DNA of 64,000 nucleotides from Octopus sinensis (lineage: Eukaryota): NCBI RefSeq assembly GCF_006345805.1, contig NC_043012.1, positions 9,610,001 to 9,674,000 on the forward strand. The letters are read 5' to 3'. Below the pieces are notes generated by a model. It ran no database searches. It was not told the origin of the DNA and worked only from the letters and a program-made list of their open reading frames with translations. Below, piece after piece: positions 51,391-63,859 of the stretch. The translations under genes were made by a program, and so were the position numbers. The number at the start of each line of letters is the position of its first letter. The stretch's first letter is position 1.

Positions 51391-52624
51391 TGCAGACTGC
51401 GATCTGTAAATTTTAGGCATTTTATATTTTTTATTTCGCGCATGTTTGGATTTTATCGACTACACATTATAGTTTGGTCATTTGGGCACCATCTGTGAGA
51501 AAAGGTAGTACCATGACAGAATAATCTGCCAGAAATTTGGGAACGACATGCTTTGCTGCCTGGCAATGGCGTCGGAAGCCCGAATATGAACACTTCAGAG
51601 TATTTGTGTGGAGGATTGGGAAAGAGTTGGATGAGTCAAATGGGGATTACGAAGGTACGGCAGATTGGAAGACCTATTCTGATCGTTCTGGCAAGAAAAG
51701 AACTCCTGAATTTGTTGGTGAGATTGTGGCCATGATTGACAACGATCCCTCCGAGACAATCAGGTCCATGAGTGTATGTTAGTTTCTCATCAGGCAGGTA
51801 GTACATGAAGACATTCGGCATTCCTCATACAAGATGAGAAAGGTTCAATTTTTATCGCAAGAGGAAAGACCATGCTACGAAGCTTTTGAACAAACTCAAG
51901 CATCCCCTCAAACCGAAAATGCTTTCGTTTTTCTCTGACGAGAAAAATTTCTGCCAGGATCAGTTGGTGAATACACAGAACATCCGATGGTTTGCTGTGT
52001 CCCCAATATATTTTGTGAGAGTGATAAAAATCAAGCATCCAGTCAACAGCTAGGTGTCTGGAGTGATCACTTGTAGTGGCGACGATATGCCGCCATTCAT
52101 CTACCTACCCGACCTCAGGCTCAACACGGAGGCTTACATCAAGTGCCTGGAGTAGTTAGTACTGCCCTGGGTTAAGAGGTTGGATGTTGGAGGACCTTAT
52201 GTCTGGCAACAGGACTCTGCACCATGTCACACAAACAGGAGAATCCAATCACGGCTGTAAGACAATTTCTGCGATCACATCACACTAACTCCCCAGACTG
52301 CAACCCCCTTCATTATTATGCGTGAGGCGCAGTTGAGCGAGAGACGAACAAATATCCTTGTAACACCAAAGATGAAATGAAGGCATGGGTTATGGCAGCA
52401 TTCACCAAATTAAACAAGAAGACCGTCGAAAAGAGTTGTACAAGAATCGGAGGTCGTCCGGAGGCCATGTTTGAAGCCAATGGCGATTTTATTGAATGAA
52501 TTTACTCTTTGGTATTTCACGATATTTTTATATAATTTTGGTAAATATATCTGTTACAATGACATGTCAGTGTTATTTACATTTCTGCGTAATTTAGGAG
52601 GCAATATATTCACCGCATCCTGTA
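51391..52624 (+). mobile_element. Tc1/mariner (maT/DD37D-like) transposon, near full length, pseudogenised
   Basis: FFSDEKNF, YVWQQDSAPCHT, NSPDCNPL; stops and deletions; degenerate TIRs ending ...CACCGCATCCTGTA. Confidence 0.92.
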
Positions 52625-52785
52625 TATATGTAGGCATGGGTTTGTGTAAGTTCGTATACGTGAGTATTTCCATGAGCGGGCTGTACGAAATGTAATATCT
52701 TTTATATAAAACTATGTTTATACATTAATGTCTTTCTCCTCCTCTCTCTTTCTGTGTAAATATATATATATATATACATTCATAT

Positions 52786-52821
<36 letters not shown>

Positions 52822-52931
52822 GTATTTATATATACACACATATATATACATACATATATATATATACATACATACATATATATGTATTTATATATATATA
52901 TACACACACACACACATACACACATATATAT

Positions 52932-52972
<41 letters not shown>

Positions 52973-52994
52973 CATACACACATACACACCCAGC

Positions 52995-53037
<43 letters not shown>

Positions 53038-53269
53038 ATTTATGTAACATACTGTAGGTTGCAAAACGTAGAACATGGATTTGAAAATAAATCATTGCAC
53101 CATCAACACAGAAAAAATTAAAAAATGAAAGAAATCGATAACATTCGCAAAGTTTGCGAATGTTATCGTCGAAGATGGTGGATATAATGAAGATATATAA
53201 AGGCACGATGACGATGACATCGATAACAATGGCGATGACAATGACAACGATGATGACGACGACGATCAC

Positions 53270-53355
53270 ATTATAACGATGATGAGGACAAGGATGAGGA
53301 TAGCGACGGCAACCATAACGATCTTAGCAATGGCCAAGATAGTGATGACGTTGGC

Positions 53356-53405
<50 letters not shown>

Positions 53406-53571
53406 CGATGATGATGATGATAATAATGATAATGATGATGATGATGATGATGATGGTGACGATGATGATGATGATGATGATGATGATGACGATGACGATG
53501 ACGATGATGATGATGATGATGACGTTGACGATGATGATGATGATGATGATAATGATAATGATGACGATGAC

Positions 53572-53603
<32 letters not shown>

Positions 53604-53638
53604 CGACGATGACGATGATGATGATGATGATGATGATA

Positions 53639-53681
<43 letters not shown>

Positions 53682-53850
53682 CGATGATGATGATGATGAT
53701 GATTTTGATGATGATGATGATGATGACGATGATGACGATGATGATGATGATGATGATGATGATGAGATGATGATGATGATGATATGATGATGATGATGAT
53801 GATGATAATGATGATGATTTTGTTAATGATGATGATGATGATTATGAGCA
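53270..53850. repeat. (GAT)n microsatellite, about 580 bp
   Basis: Direct reading, with GAC/AAT variants. Confidence 0.95.
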
Positions 53851-54028
53851 TGATGTAATGCGGAGGTTAAATCACTGGCATTGATAAAGTCATTATATGG
53901 CTACATGTATTGCTGACATTGTAGTAGTAGTAGTAGTAGAGTAGTAGTAGTAGTAGTAGTTGTTGTTGTAGTAGCAGCAGCAGCAGTAGTAGTGGCAGTG
54001 GTATTTGATCTTGTTGTTGTTGTTGCTG

Positions 54029-54187
54029 TGTCGGTGAGTTGATCCAAAATCGATATTCCCCAATAGCCTTATCGTAAACGGAGCAATCAACTGTTGGTCC
54101 TGATGGATTTTATCTCCCTTCATAACTGATTGGTTTCCAATTTGTGTTCCATCGAGTAATTCTTCGTATTCAATTGGTTGTCGGTGA
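54029..54187 (-). other. coding-like island ([49 protein letters not shown]), possible upstream exon of the 46079-46226 gene
   Basis: Unique sequence between microsatellites, open on the minus strand with an upstream pyrimidine tract; no canonical GT donor. Confidence 0.45.
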
Positions 54188-54390
54188 AAGTGGGAAGAAG
54201 AAATCAACACCGTTGAATTGTGTGTGGGTGTGTTTATGTGTGTACGTGGTGTGTGAGTGAGTGTGTGAGTGTTTATATACAAACATACATACGTACATAC
54301 ATACATACATGCATACATGCGTACATACATACGTACATATATATATATATTATATAAAGGAAATATGTCTGTGCGTGTTTCTATGAATAC

Positions 54391-54466
<76 letters not shown>

Positions 54467-54614
54467 CACCTACATAGGTATTTATATATATGTGTGTGTG
54501 TGCGAATGTGTGTTACGGGTACAAACACAACGACACCATACACACACATACATACATACATACATATAACAGACCCGCGCCCGCGCACACGCATACTTAA
54601 CGCACATATGCATA

Positions 54615-54903
54615 AGGATGGCAATGATTGCAATGGCGACGGGGAGAACGGTGGTGGTTATAAATTCGATGCTAATTTTGATGATATTGGCGGTGGAGAT
54701 GAGGATTTTGATGATATCGACGACGACAACGACGCTGCTGCTCCTTCTTCTAGTGATGACGATTATGATGATGATGATCATAATGATGATGCTGGTAAGG
54801 ATGAGGATGAGGATGATGATGATGGTGATTATGGTTATAATAATGACAATACTGATGATGATGAACATGATGATGATGATGATGATGATGATGATAGTGA
54901 TAG

Positions 54904-54952
<49 letters not shown>

Positions 54953-54957
54953 CATAG

Positions 54958-55000
<43 letters not shown>

Positions 55001-55002
55001 AG

Positions 55003-55060
<58 letters not shown>

Positions 55061-55085
55061 CATCATCATCATCATCATCACAACG
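54615..55085. repeat. decayed and pure (GAT)n tract
   Basis: Direct reading. Confidence 0.9.
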
Positions 55086-56099
55086 GTGGTAGAGATGAAG
55101 GCGACGATAAAGGGTTAAAAATAAGAATTGTGTATTTAGATAAGAACACAAGCATTGCAATAACGATAGCAGCACTATAAATATACGGTGGCTGTATTGA
55201 TAAAGGGTGCATGTATGTACACATACCTCGCTGTTACAGATAGTATATGCATATACCATGTCTGTGTGAATGTATGTATGTATGTATTTATGTATGTATG
55301 CATGCAAGCATGCATGTATGTAACTATATGTGTACGTATATATGCATTTTGCTTGGCGGAATTACGAAATATAAAACGTAATGATTTAGAAAGCCATTAA
55401 AATGCAGTTTGCAAAAGATTAAATATAAATGAAAATACTGGTAAAACGTTTATCTAAAACCGTTTCATAATCCGATATTTCGGTTACAATTTTTTTTTGC
55501 CATGGGTGATAACTTTTGGAAAACTCGTCTGTGCATTGTACAGTATCAAGTTTGTCTTTGCGGTTTTAAGAATTTTATTTGTGGATAAAATAGCATTCTA
55601 TATTGTGCTGCACGATGTTCTTTCAGACTTCCTTCATTAGGAGCGAAATATATGCAATTAAAATCAGTTAAACGTATGAGTGTAAATGAGATTAAAACGT
55701 CTGTAGAATCTCGAGTGTAAAAATCAATTGATATGTGTGAATGTGTATGAGCATATACAGTAGCGGCCTTGACATAAGAGTCAGTAAGAACAAGTGTATT
55801 GAAATAGTTATTACAGAATATTAATAACACGTTGAGCCTAGATATTTCCAACATATTTAGATATATCTAATATCTGCCTTTCGTGAAAATGTCAAGTGAA
55901 TGGCATAAATAGTTCGTAAGTTATAAGGAAATAAACAAACACTGTTCCAAATTGCAGCGGCCAAAACTTAATGGTTACTTAGAAAAAATGAAATACTAAC
56001 CGAGGTATTTTTGTTTAGAAGACTCTTAATGGGCTAACAGTTACTTCTTATGGTCTTACATTATTGAAACATTTAACTGTCAACATAGAGGCTTGTGAA

Positions 56100-56470
56100 A
56101 GACGATCGGTATCCTGTAATGGAAAAGAAAGTATTGCGTACCTAGAACAAGAGGGCAAGTCAAATTCAGTGATGGCAGCTACTGTAGGGAAGTCTAGAAG
56201 CGTTCTGCAACGGATTGTAGCTAGTTCTAAGTTATCAGGATCGACAGATGCTAAACCCCAAATCAGTAGACCAAGTAAAATGTCTTCAAGACAGGAACAT
56301 ATTATGGTTAGAATATAATTGAACGACAGGTTTAAGAGTGCTGCTGAGATATCCTACGAGTTTAGCTCCACTTCCGATGTCAACGTATCGCGCAAAACAG
56401 TTTCTCGGAGGTTACGAGGTTCTGGATTCCTTCCTCGGGCACAGGCAAAGAAACCTCAGCCTTAGGGGTG
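56100..56470 (+). mobile_element. Tc1-like transposase N-terminal (HTH) remnant
   Basis: IAYLEQEGKS...VGKSRSVLQRI...RPSKMSSRQE...DRFKSAAEI...VSRKTVSRRL..SG...KKP. Confidence 0.8.
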
Positions 56471-56983
56471 AAACGTGTAAAAGTATAACATGGTCTGGTT
56501 TTCACGTTTCATATTATTTTATTAAACATATTTCTTTTTACAATGTTGACGTGTGTCAAACAGTAAAAATAATATTTAGTAATGTTGATAAAGTTTAAGC
56601 CGCATGCTGATTGATTAAAACCGTCTTCAAAATATTCAGCTTGTCGGAACCTTCTAAAAGGTATAAAACTCAACTCAACTGCCAGTTAATACATTTTGAA
56701 ATCTGATGATTACTACGAACGTATGAAAGCACCAAATAAACTGTATGAACATTACTAAATGTTTTATTTAATGCTTAATACACTTCAACATTAAAAATAT
56801 TTTTTAAATACAATAATAAAAAACGTGAAAACCAGAGCATGTTTTAAGTTGAAAATTTATTCAAATGATATATTATTCCTTACAAATTTATTCAAATTCA
56901 CAATTATATTTAAACACACACACACACATATACATATTTATACACATATATACACATACACACACACACATATATATATATAT

Positions 56984-57213
56984 ATTTCTTTACAACCCAC
57001 AAGGGGCTAAACACAGAGGGGACAAACAAGGACAGACAAAGGGATTAAGTCGATTACATCGACCCCAGTGCGTAACTGGTACTTAATTTATCGACCCCGA
57101 AAGGATGAAAGGCAAAGTCGACCTCGGCGGAATTTGAACTCGGAACGTAACGACAGACGAAATACAGCTACGCAGGTCGCCCGGCGTGCTAACGTTTCTG
57201 CCAGCTCGCCGCC
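56984..57213 (-). mobile_element. SINE family B, long-tail monomer inserted in TA/CA repeat
   Basis: Close match to the family B head, body and GCCCCTTGTGGG tail. Confidence 0.92.
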
Positions 57214-57228
57214 TTATATATATATATA

Positions 57229-57319
<91 letters not shown>

Positions 57320-58387
57320 GAGTCTCAATAAGCAAACCGTGAATCGTCAGCCAGGAAACTTTCTATTTATTCAACCGCTGTTCAAGAGATCAAATCAAAT
57401 ATGCTGACATCGTTTATCCACTTACAGTAAAGCTTCGTGACATCGAAATTTAACTTTTTCTGGTTTATGGTGCAGTGCGTAAAATGTATAAATCATTATA
57501 TGCACACACACATACACACACAGACGGGCGCGTACATATTAACTTTAGCAGGACTGCTTGATGAAGCCGAGGGAGCCGAAATATCAAGAAAATTATCAAC
57601 ATTTTCCTGCGACGTAGATTGTAATCTCTTTTACATATATATATATATATATATATATGTATAATTTGACATATAAGCAATTAATATATATATATAAAAA
57701 ATAAATAAATAAAAAATATATATATCCGTGCGTGTGTATATATGTCTTAGAGTGTCTATGCATACACGTACATACTGAGATCTACTATCGAATATACATA
57801 TAAATGTCTGCAGTCGTGTACATGAATAATTCTGTTGACAACCTCTTTACGATGGTCTGTTAGGAAAAAAAAAACCAATATAGCAAAAATACAAAACAAA
57901 ACAAAAACACTCAAAAACAATACAAAAGTGAAAACAAATAGAAGCAACAAAAAAGTTCTTAACTTAAACTGACTATAAATCTCTCACTCAATCGTATTCA
58001 CCTCTCTGCCTCTACATTCTCGATCTTTCAAATTATCTTTCACTCCCCGAATTATTCCCACCCACGCTTGCGTAACAGCTAATTTTCTATCATTTCCCGC
58101 TTTCCTCCATTGTGTCCACGCTCTGCTGAACTAAAACAAAGAAAACTTATTTCATTTTTTTTATGAAGGAGAATCGGTCTAAAGTTCTGAAACGCTTCAC
58201 TTAACGCTGCGCAAGTTTACGAAACTTTACTCATTACAAATAAATACATTTTTGTTTCGTTGTCGTTGCAGAAGACCACTAGTTAACTGAGATTCTGCTT
58301 GCGTGTATATTTTCACACTAAAAAACACATACACGCATATAGATATTCCATTTTAAGTGGTGAATTTCGCATAGGATTGTATACACG

Positions 58388-58771
58388 TTTACTCTTTTAC
58401 TTGTTTCAGTCATTCGACTGTGGCCATGCAATGTCACCTCCTTTAGTCGAGCAAGTCGACCCCATGACTTATTCTTTGTATTTATTCTATCGGTCACTTT
58501 TGCCGAACAGCTATGTTACGGGGATGTAAACACACCAGCATCGGTTGTCAAACGATGTTGGGGGGTACAAACACAGACACAAACATATACACACACGTAC
58601 ATATATATACGACGGGCTTCTTACAGTTTCCGTCTACCAAATCCACTGAAAGGCTTTGGTCGGCCCGAGGCTATAGTAGAAGACACTTGCTCAAAGTGCC
58701 ACGCAGTAGGACTGAATCCAGTACCATGTGGTTGGTAAGCAAGCTACTTACCACACAGCCACTCCTAAGCC
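58388..58771 (-). mobile_element. SINE family A, full length
   Basis: Head GGCTTAGGAGTGGCTGTGTGGTAAGTAGC through tail TGAAACAAGTAAAAGAGTAAA. Confidence 0.92.
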
Positions 58772-58778
58772 TATAAAT

Positions 58779-58884
58779 AAAAATATGGAACGTTTCGCGA
58801 ATTTGTGTGTCATCTTTGCGTAGGGGTCATGGTACTCTTCTCTGTATCGTTCCAATTTAGAATATGTACCGTCGTAGCTAGTAC
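58779..58884 (-). pseudogene. U6: U6 snRNA pseudogene, full length
   Basis: Reverse strand GTACTAGCTACGACGGTACATATTCTAAATTGGAACGATACAGAGAAGAGTACCATGACCCCTACGCAAAGATGACACACAAATTCGCGAAACGTTCCATATTTTT; ACAGAGA box intact, catalytic AGC changed to ACC, about 14 differences from the U6 consensus as I recall it. Confidence 0.95.
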
Positions 58885-59043
58885 AGATTGTGTGTAGCTA
58901 TGTACAAACACATACACAATTATGTGTGTTAGTGTGTATAATAATAATTATCATAATTATATTCGCTTATGAAAGACATACACAGCAGAAATAATCTGAG
59001 AAAATGACTTTTAGACGGCACATAAAACCAGACCAGTAAGCTA

Positions 59044-59130
59044 CTAATGACGTAATCGGACCGTAAGACGCATGTGTTTCGACGTTATTGCACCTCGTTA
59101 GTTATGTAGACGTCCTTCATAGTCATTAGG
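59044..59130 (-). ncRNA. degenerate hammerhead-like motif
   Basis: CT-ATGA-AG-GACGT...ACGTC-GAAA-CACATGCG-TC: stem II, GAAAC and GUC are present, but the CUGAUGA core has a deletion. Confidence 0.35.
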
Positions 59131-60039
59131 AACAGGTTGTTTTATATGAGAAAAGGAAATGGTACATTTACTAATGTGTGTGCAAAACCTTTGCCAAGCT
59201 GGCATGAATTAATTACTGTATATATCTATGTGTGTTTGTGTATGTGTATGTATGTGTGTGTGTTTGTGCGTGTATTTATGTGTGTGTATGTATGCGGTGT
59301 GTCTATGCATCTACGTATAAAGTATATCTATATATCTACATGTGTGTGTGTGTATAAATCTACGCACACACCTATTCATTATGAATGTACATGTCATTAC
59401 TATATTGTAGTGATTCTTCCATTCTCACAATTTCCTGCCGTTCCTTCTGTTTCCCGTTGTCTTTGGCAGTCCTGACTTTCCTTTCATGACCTGTCAGATG
59501 ACTAGTCTCTCTCGCTGCAGATCTGAATGACTTGGAGCATAGGTGACAGATAAAGTTTGTAACACTGAGCGCTTTCAACTTCATATGATACTCAGTAGAT
59601 GGAATGACAAATGGTGTCACCCTAGAGAGACGTCATTAGATTATTGCGATAAACGCTTGTACAACACAAGTACCAATCTCTGAGTTTTCGCGAATTGTAT
59701 CTAGTGAATGGCCAAAGCATGATGACCAGTAATTATGTGGTACCATAATGTGTCTCTCTCCAAGAAGGATGCTGTAAGGGAGCCCTCACTCCTGCTGGTT
59801 TTTTGCGTGCCCTGACACCAACCAAGGTCATTTATGTCTCCCAGCATTCAAATGGATTTTCCTCACACATGCTACTTAAAAATACATGGGACCCTCACAG
59901 GTGATATTACTCCAAGACAGAGCAAACATGGGAACGATAGTGGCAAAGAGATTCTACGCTCCTCAAATTATGAGTACTCCTGAGCCAGAACTCCACCAAC
60001 AGAAGCAATTTAAAGTCATACGCAGGACGAACATATACC

Positions 60040-60132
60040 ATACATACGTTCATGCATACATACATACATACATACATACATACATACATACATACATACA
60101 TACATGCATACATACATACATACATACATGCA

Positions 60133-60166
<34 letters not shown>

Positions 60167-60577
60167 CATACATACATACATGCACACATACATACACACA
60201 CATACATATACACATACATACATACACATATACATATACACATACATACATACATACACACTTACATACATACATACGTTCATGTATATATACATACGTA
60301 CATACACACATACATACATACACACATGCATACATACAAACATGCATACATACATACATACATAAATACATACATACATACATACGTACATACATACGTA
60401 CATACACACATGCATACATACACACATGCATACATACACACATCCATACATACAAACATGCAAACATACATACATACAAACATGCATACATACATACATG
60501 TATACATACATACATACATACATACATACATACATACATACATACATACATACATACATACGTACATACATACATAA
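60040..60577. repeat. (CATA)n microsatellite
   Basis: Direct reading. Confidence 0.95.
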
Positions 60578-60579
60578 GC

Positions 60580-61424
60580 TGACCTGATTTTATCCAGGGC
60601 CACAATCTCATATCAACAGTTGGACTACTTGATAGTCCGCTTGATGAGATCCTAACTATTGATGCCAAAACCCGGAAGATACTGAACATCACAAATAATT
60701 TTCACATCAAGGGCTAATTAGACCGCTCCTCTCTAAAACGAAAACAATCTATCCAGCCTGCCTTTCAATATCATATCATACCCCTTCGTCGATATTGTTT
60801 AATCACCAAGTGTCGAAGTACATCCCCTCATCAAGTTTGCATACTCAAAGCAGATGGTATCATGAGATTTGGAATGCAGCAACTCGAGAAACATTTTTTT
60901 GTATGATAACCTTGGATATAAACCCAAAGAAGATTATGACGACCGCAATGTAACATAAGATGAAAGGATAGATGGGCATCAGAACAAGACAGTACAAGTA
61001 TGATGGTAACATTGATCATCTAAGCAGTCAATCATGGACCAACAATCGTATTACTAATTTTCATTTTGGAGAGCAGAAACATGAAATAGCAATCAAATTC
61101 CTGAAGCACACAAAAAGGAGAAAGACGCAGGGAAAACACAAAAATTTCATCATGTTAATATCTACTGATGCGACATGATATTGTTGCCAAAGTACTATAC
61201 AGGGAGATGCATAGGATATACAATCCTAGGGATAAATAGATAAGAATCTACTGTAGGGGAGAAACTTTAGCCAATTATAATATGATAGACATATTATAAA
61301 GTGTGACATCATTTAGCATTCGGTCTACTGGGTATCATATGAAGATTGAAGAGTAGCGACGTGTGCAGGCTTAACTAGTTGAAAGCGCTCAGTGTTACAA
61401 CCTTTATCTGTCACCTATGCTCCA

Positions 61425-61462
<38 letters not shown>

Positions 61463-61790
61463 AATGCGAGAATACTTGTGGAATGTCTCCGTGTAAACCT
61501 CAATAAAATGCAAGCGTAACAGACAATGCACATTAGTGTAATTTATTGACCTGGCGGATGTCAACATTAAGCTAAAGATCAACGAAAAGTAAAATACATA
61601 CGCTGAAATTATGAGCTACTCAAATCGAATTACAAGTTTGGGTTTATGCATGTGATTATTGGGGCACCGGGATATGTAGCAATCTCACTAAGCACCGATC
61701 TTGGCTTCTCAAATTCAGGCTTCTCAAAACCAGTTAGAAGGAGGCTAATTACAAGATTACAGATCTGTTAAAGTTTGTAAAACTTTTATG
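60580..61790 (+). mobile_element. old R4/Dong-clade remnant, interrupted at about 61190-61445
   Basis: IDAKTRKILNITNNFHI...LDR, QSWT...EQKHEIAIKFL, IDLADVNIKLKI.EK, VIIGAPGYV. Confidence 0.7.
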
Positions 61791-61834
61791 TGTGCTTGTC
61801 TAGATATGGCACTATATGCACGGGATGTATATTT

Positions 61835-62225
61835 CTTTTACTCTTTTACTTGCTTCAGTCATTTTGACTGTGGCCATGCTGGAGCACCGCCTTTTACGAG
61901 CAAATCGACTCCAGGACTTATTCTTTGTAAGCCTAGTATTTATTCTATCGGGCTCTGTTGCCGAACCGCTAAGTTACGGGGACGTAAACACACCAAACGA
62001 TGTTGGGTGGGTGGGGGCAAACACAGAGACACAAACCCACACAAATACATACATATATATACATATATACGACGAACTTCTTTCAGTTTCTGTCTACAAA
62101 ATCCACTCGTGAGGCTTTGGTCGGCCCGATACTATGCTAGAAGACAGTTGCACAAGATGCCACGCAGTGGGCCTGAACCCGGAACTATGTGGTTGGTAAG
62201 CGAGCTACGTACCATACAGCCACTG
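61835..62225 (-). mobile_element. SINE family A, full length
   Basis: Tail, internal CA/TA run and head are present. Confidence 0.9.
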
Positions 62226-62894
62226 CAAAACCGCTAATACAATATTGCACATATAAATACAAAAATGCAGCAATAGCTAGTTGACGTTCTATAAAATTCT
62301 AATGAAGGAAACTTGGATCTAGATTAAAAGCTTTCTCTATTGGCCAATATTCTAGAAATAAACCTGAACAACTTACATACGTAGACAATCAGTAGTAGGT
62401 TTAACTGGGTGCATTTACTTGTAATATTCCCTGATTGGACGTTATAACATTGCTATAATGTTTCCGTGATTGTTGCTTTCTCTTAAACGAGTTGTTCCAA
62501 ATCTCACCACGAAACTTAAAGACGAAGATTAATGTTTTTCTGTGACTCTTATTTATGAATAGTAATTACTTATTTCAGAGAATGAAAACCAAGAACTCAG
62601 AAATAAGATTCCGTTAACAATTTATTGTGAAACTCGCAATTTTAAAAAAAATGAGCTTAAAATAGTTTTATGTTGGCAGTGTTTTTCTTAGAATACGAGC
62701 TGTGCTCCTAAAGCATTTTCATAGTTCTGTTACTTTTGAGTTTTCTGTTATTTGATCAAAGTACATAAGAACACCTTTTGATATTATCCTCAAAGCTCCG
62801 ATGATCAAGGCACAGCTTCTTATTCCAATTGATATTTTTTTAACCAAATCCAATATTTTCTGCTACGTATATCACCAGTGGTTTATTATTATTA

Positions 62895-63085
62895 AGGCGG
62901 CGAGCTGACAGAATAGTTAGCGCGATGGACGAAATGCTTTTCGCTTCTAAGTTCAAATTCCGCCGAGGTCGGCTTTACCTTTTAACGTTTTGGGGAGAAG
63001 ATATGTACCAGTTCAACACTGGAGTCGATGTAATTGACGTAATCCACCGCCAAAATTGCTACCCTTGTGGCAAAATATGAAACCA
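62895..63085 (+). mobile_element. SINE family B in ATT context
   Basis: ATTATTAAGGCGGCGAGCTG...GTTCAAATTCCGCCGAGGTC...AATATGAAACCATTATT. Confidence 0.85.
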
Positions 63086-63097
63086 TTATTATTATTT

Positions 63098-63365
63098 GAT
63101 GCAAAATCAGCTGTTTTGCTGGGTATGATGGAACGTGTCAGCTGTCCACGGCCAAATGACTAGGGTGACATTTGTTTACTCATCATGCTCCAAGAACCCT
63201 GCGAAGAATTTTTGCAGTTCCAAATAATGCTGATTTTTGTAGGTGTCTTACCTTGGCATTTGTACCAATCTTTTTTTGAGCCATGATGGTAGTTGAGTAC
63301 TGATACTTCGGAGTGCACCAATTACTAATGGTACCACGCCTACTCCCCTCTTTCACCACAACTTT
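63098..63365 (-). mobile_element. R4/Dong-clade 3' terminus
   Basis: LQKSALFGTAKILRRVLGA-stop, short UTR, then AAT repeats. Confidence 0.85.
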
Positions 63366-63452
63366 TGTATTTCCCATTTAAAATCGTCATATTTGTTCAG
63401 TTTTTCTTCTTTCTCTTTGATCCTGTTGTCACCGGGACACTATTATTATTAC

Positions 63453-63518
<66 letters not shown>

Positions 63519-63519
63519 C

Positions 63520-63760
63520 AGAACAAAGCTCAGGTTTGGTCTCATTTTGGTAGGATTGATGCGGGTAGCGGGTTACTACCTGCAACCTTAGGTATTCACA
63601 CAATTTCGGCAGTCTTTCGAGTGCTTAGAAACCTCATGATAAGTCTTACTGTCCCTAAGGGACACACTTTCTGTTGGAGCTCTCCCGGGCATTCTATTTC
63701 AATATCCTTCAGCCATTTGTCTCTATCTTGGCTTACTATTCCCAACAGGACGCACCAATT
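63520..63760 (-). mobile_element. R4/Dong-clade 3' terminus, different lineage
   Basis: IGA.G...DKWLKDIEIECP.ELQ.KV.L.GT.RL, UTR GTTGCAGGTAGTAACCCGC, flanked by (AAT)n on the element strand. Confidence 0.75.
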
Positions 63761-63812
63761 ATTATTATTGTTACTACTACTACTACTGTCATCCTCACCA
63801 TCATCGACGTCA

Positions 63813-63859
<47 letters not shown>

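Noticed and set aside
51935-51960. CTGACGAGAAA hammerhead-like string
   Set aside because: It is the SDEK coding motif of the transposase; no stems.
53279-55180. Long poly-Met, poly-Asp and poly-His ORFs, including a 303-aa acidic ORF resembling shell-matrix proteins
   Set aside because: Translations of (GAT)n and TA/CA microsatellites, with no splice or start context.
57426-57607. Possible minus-strand exon ending at GTAAGT
   Set aside because: No pyrimidine tract at the candidate acceptors, and the frame crosses a GT microsatellite.
57990-58145. Minus-strand acceptor-like TTTTCTTTGTTTTAG with an open frame
   Set aside because: Weak donor and unrecognisable peptide.
58885-58990. U6 promoter (TATA/PSE) upstream of the U6 copy
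   Set aside because: No TATA at about -30 and the AGC triad is mutated, so it is treated as a pseudogene rather than an active gene.
59886-60692. Overlapping ORFs up to 261 aa
   Set aside because: (CATA)n artefact.
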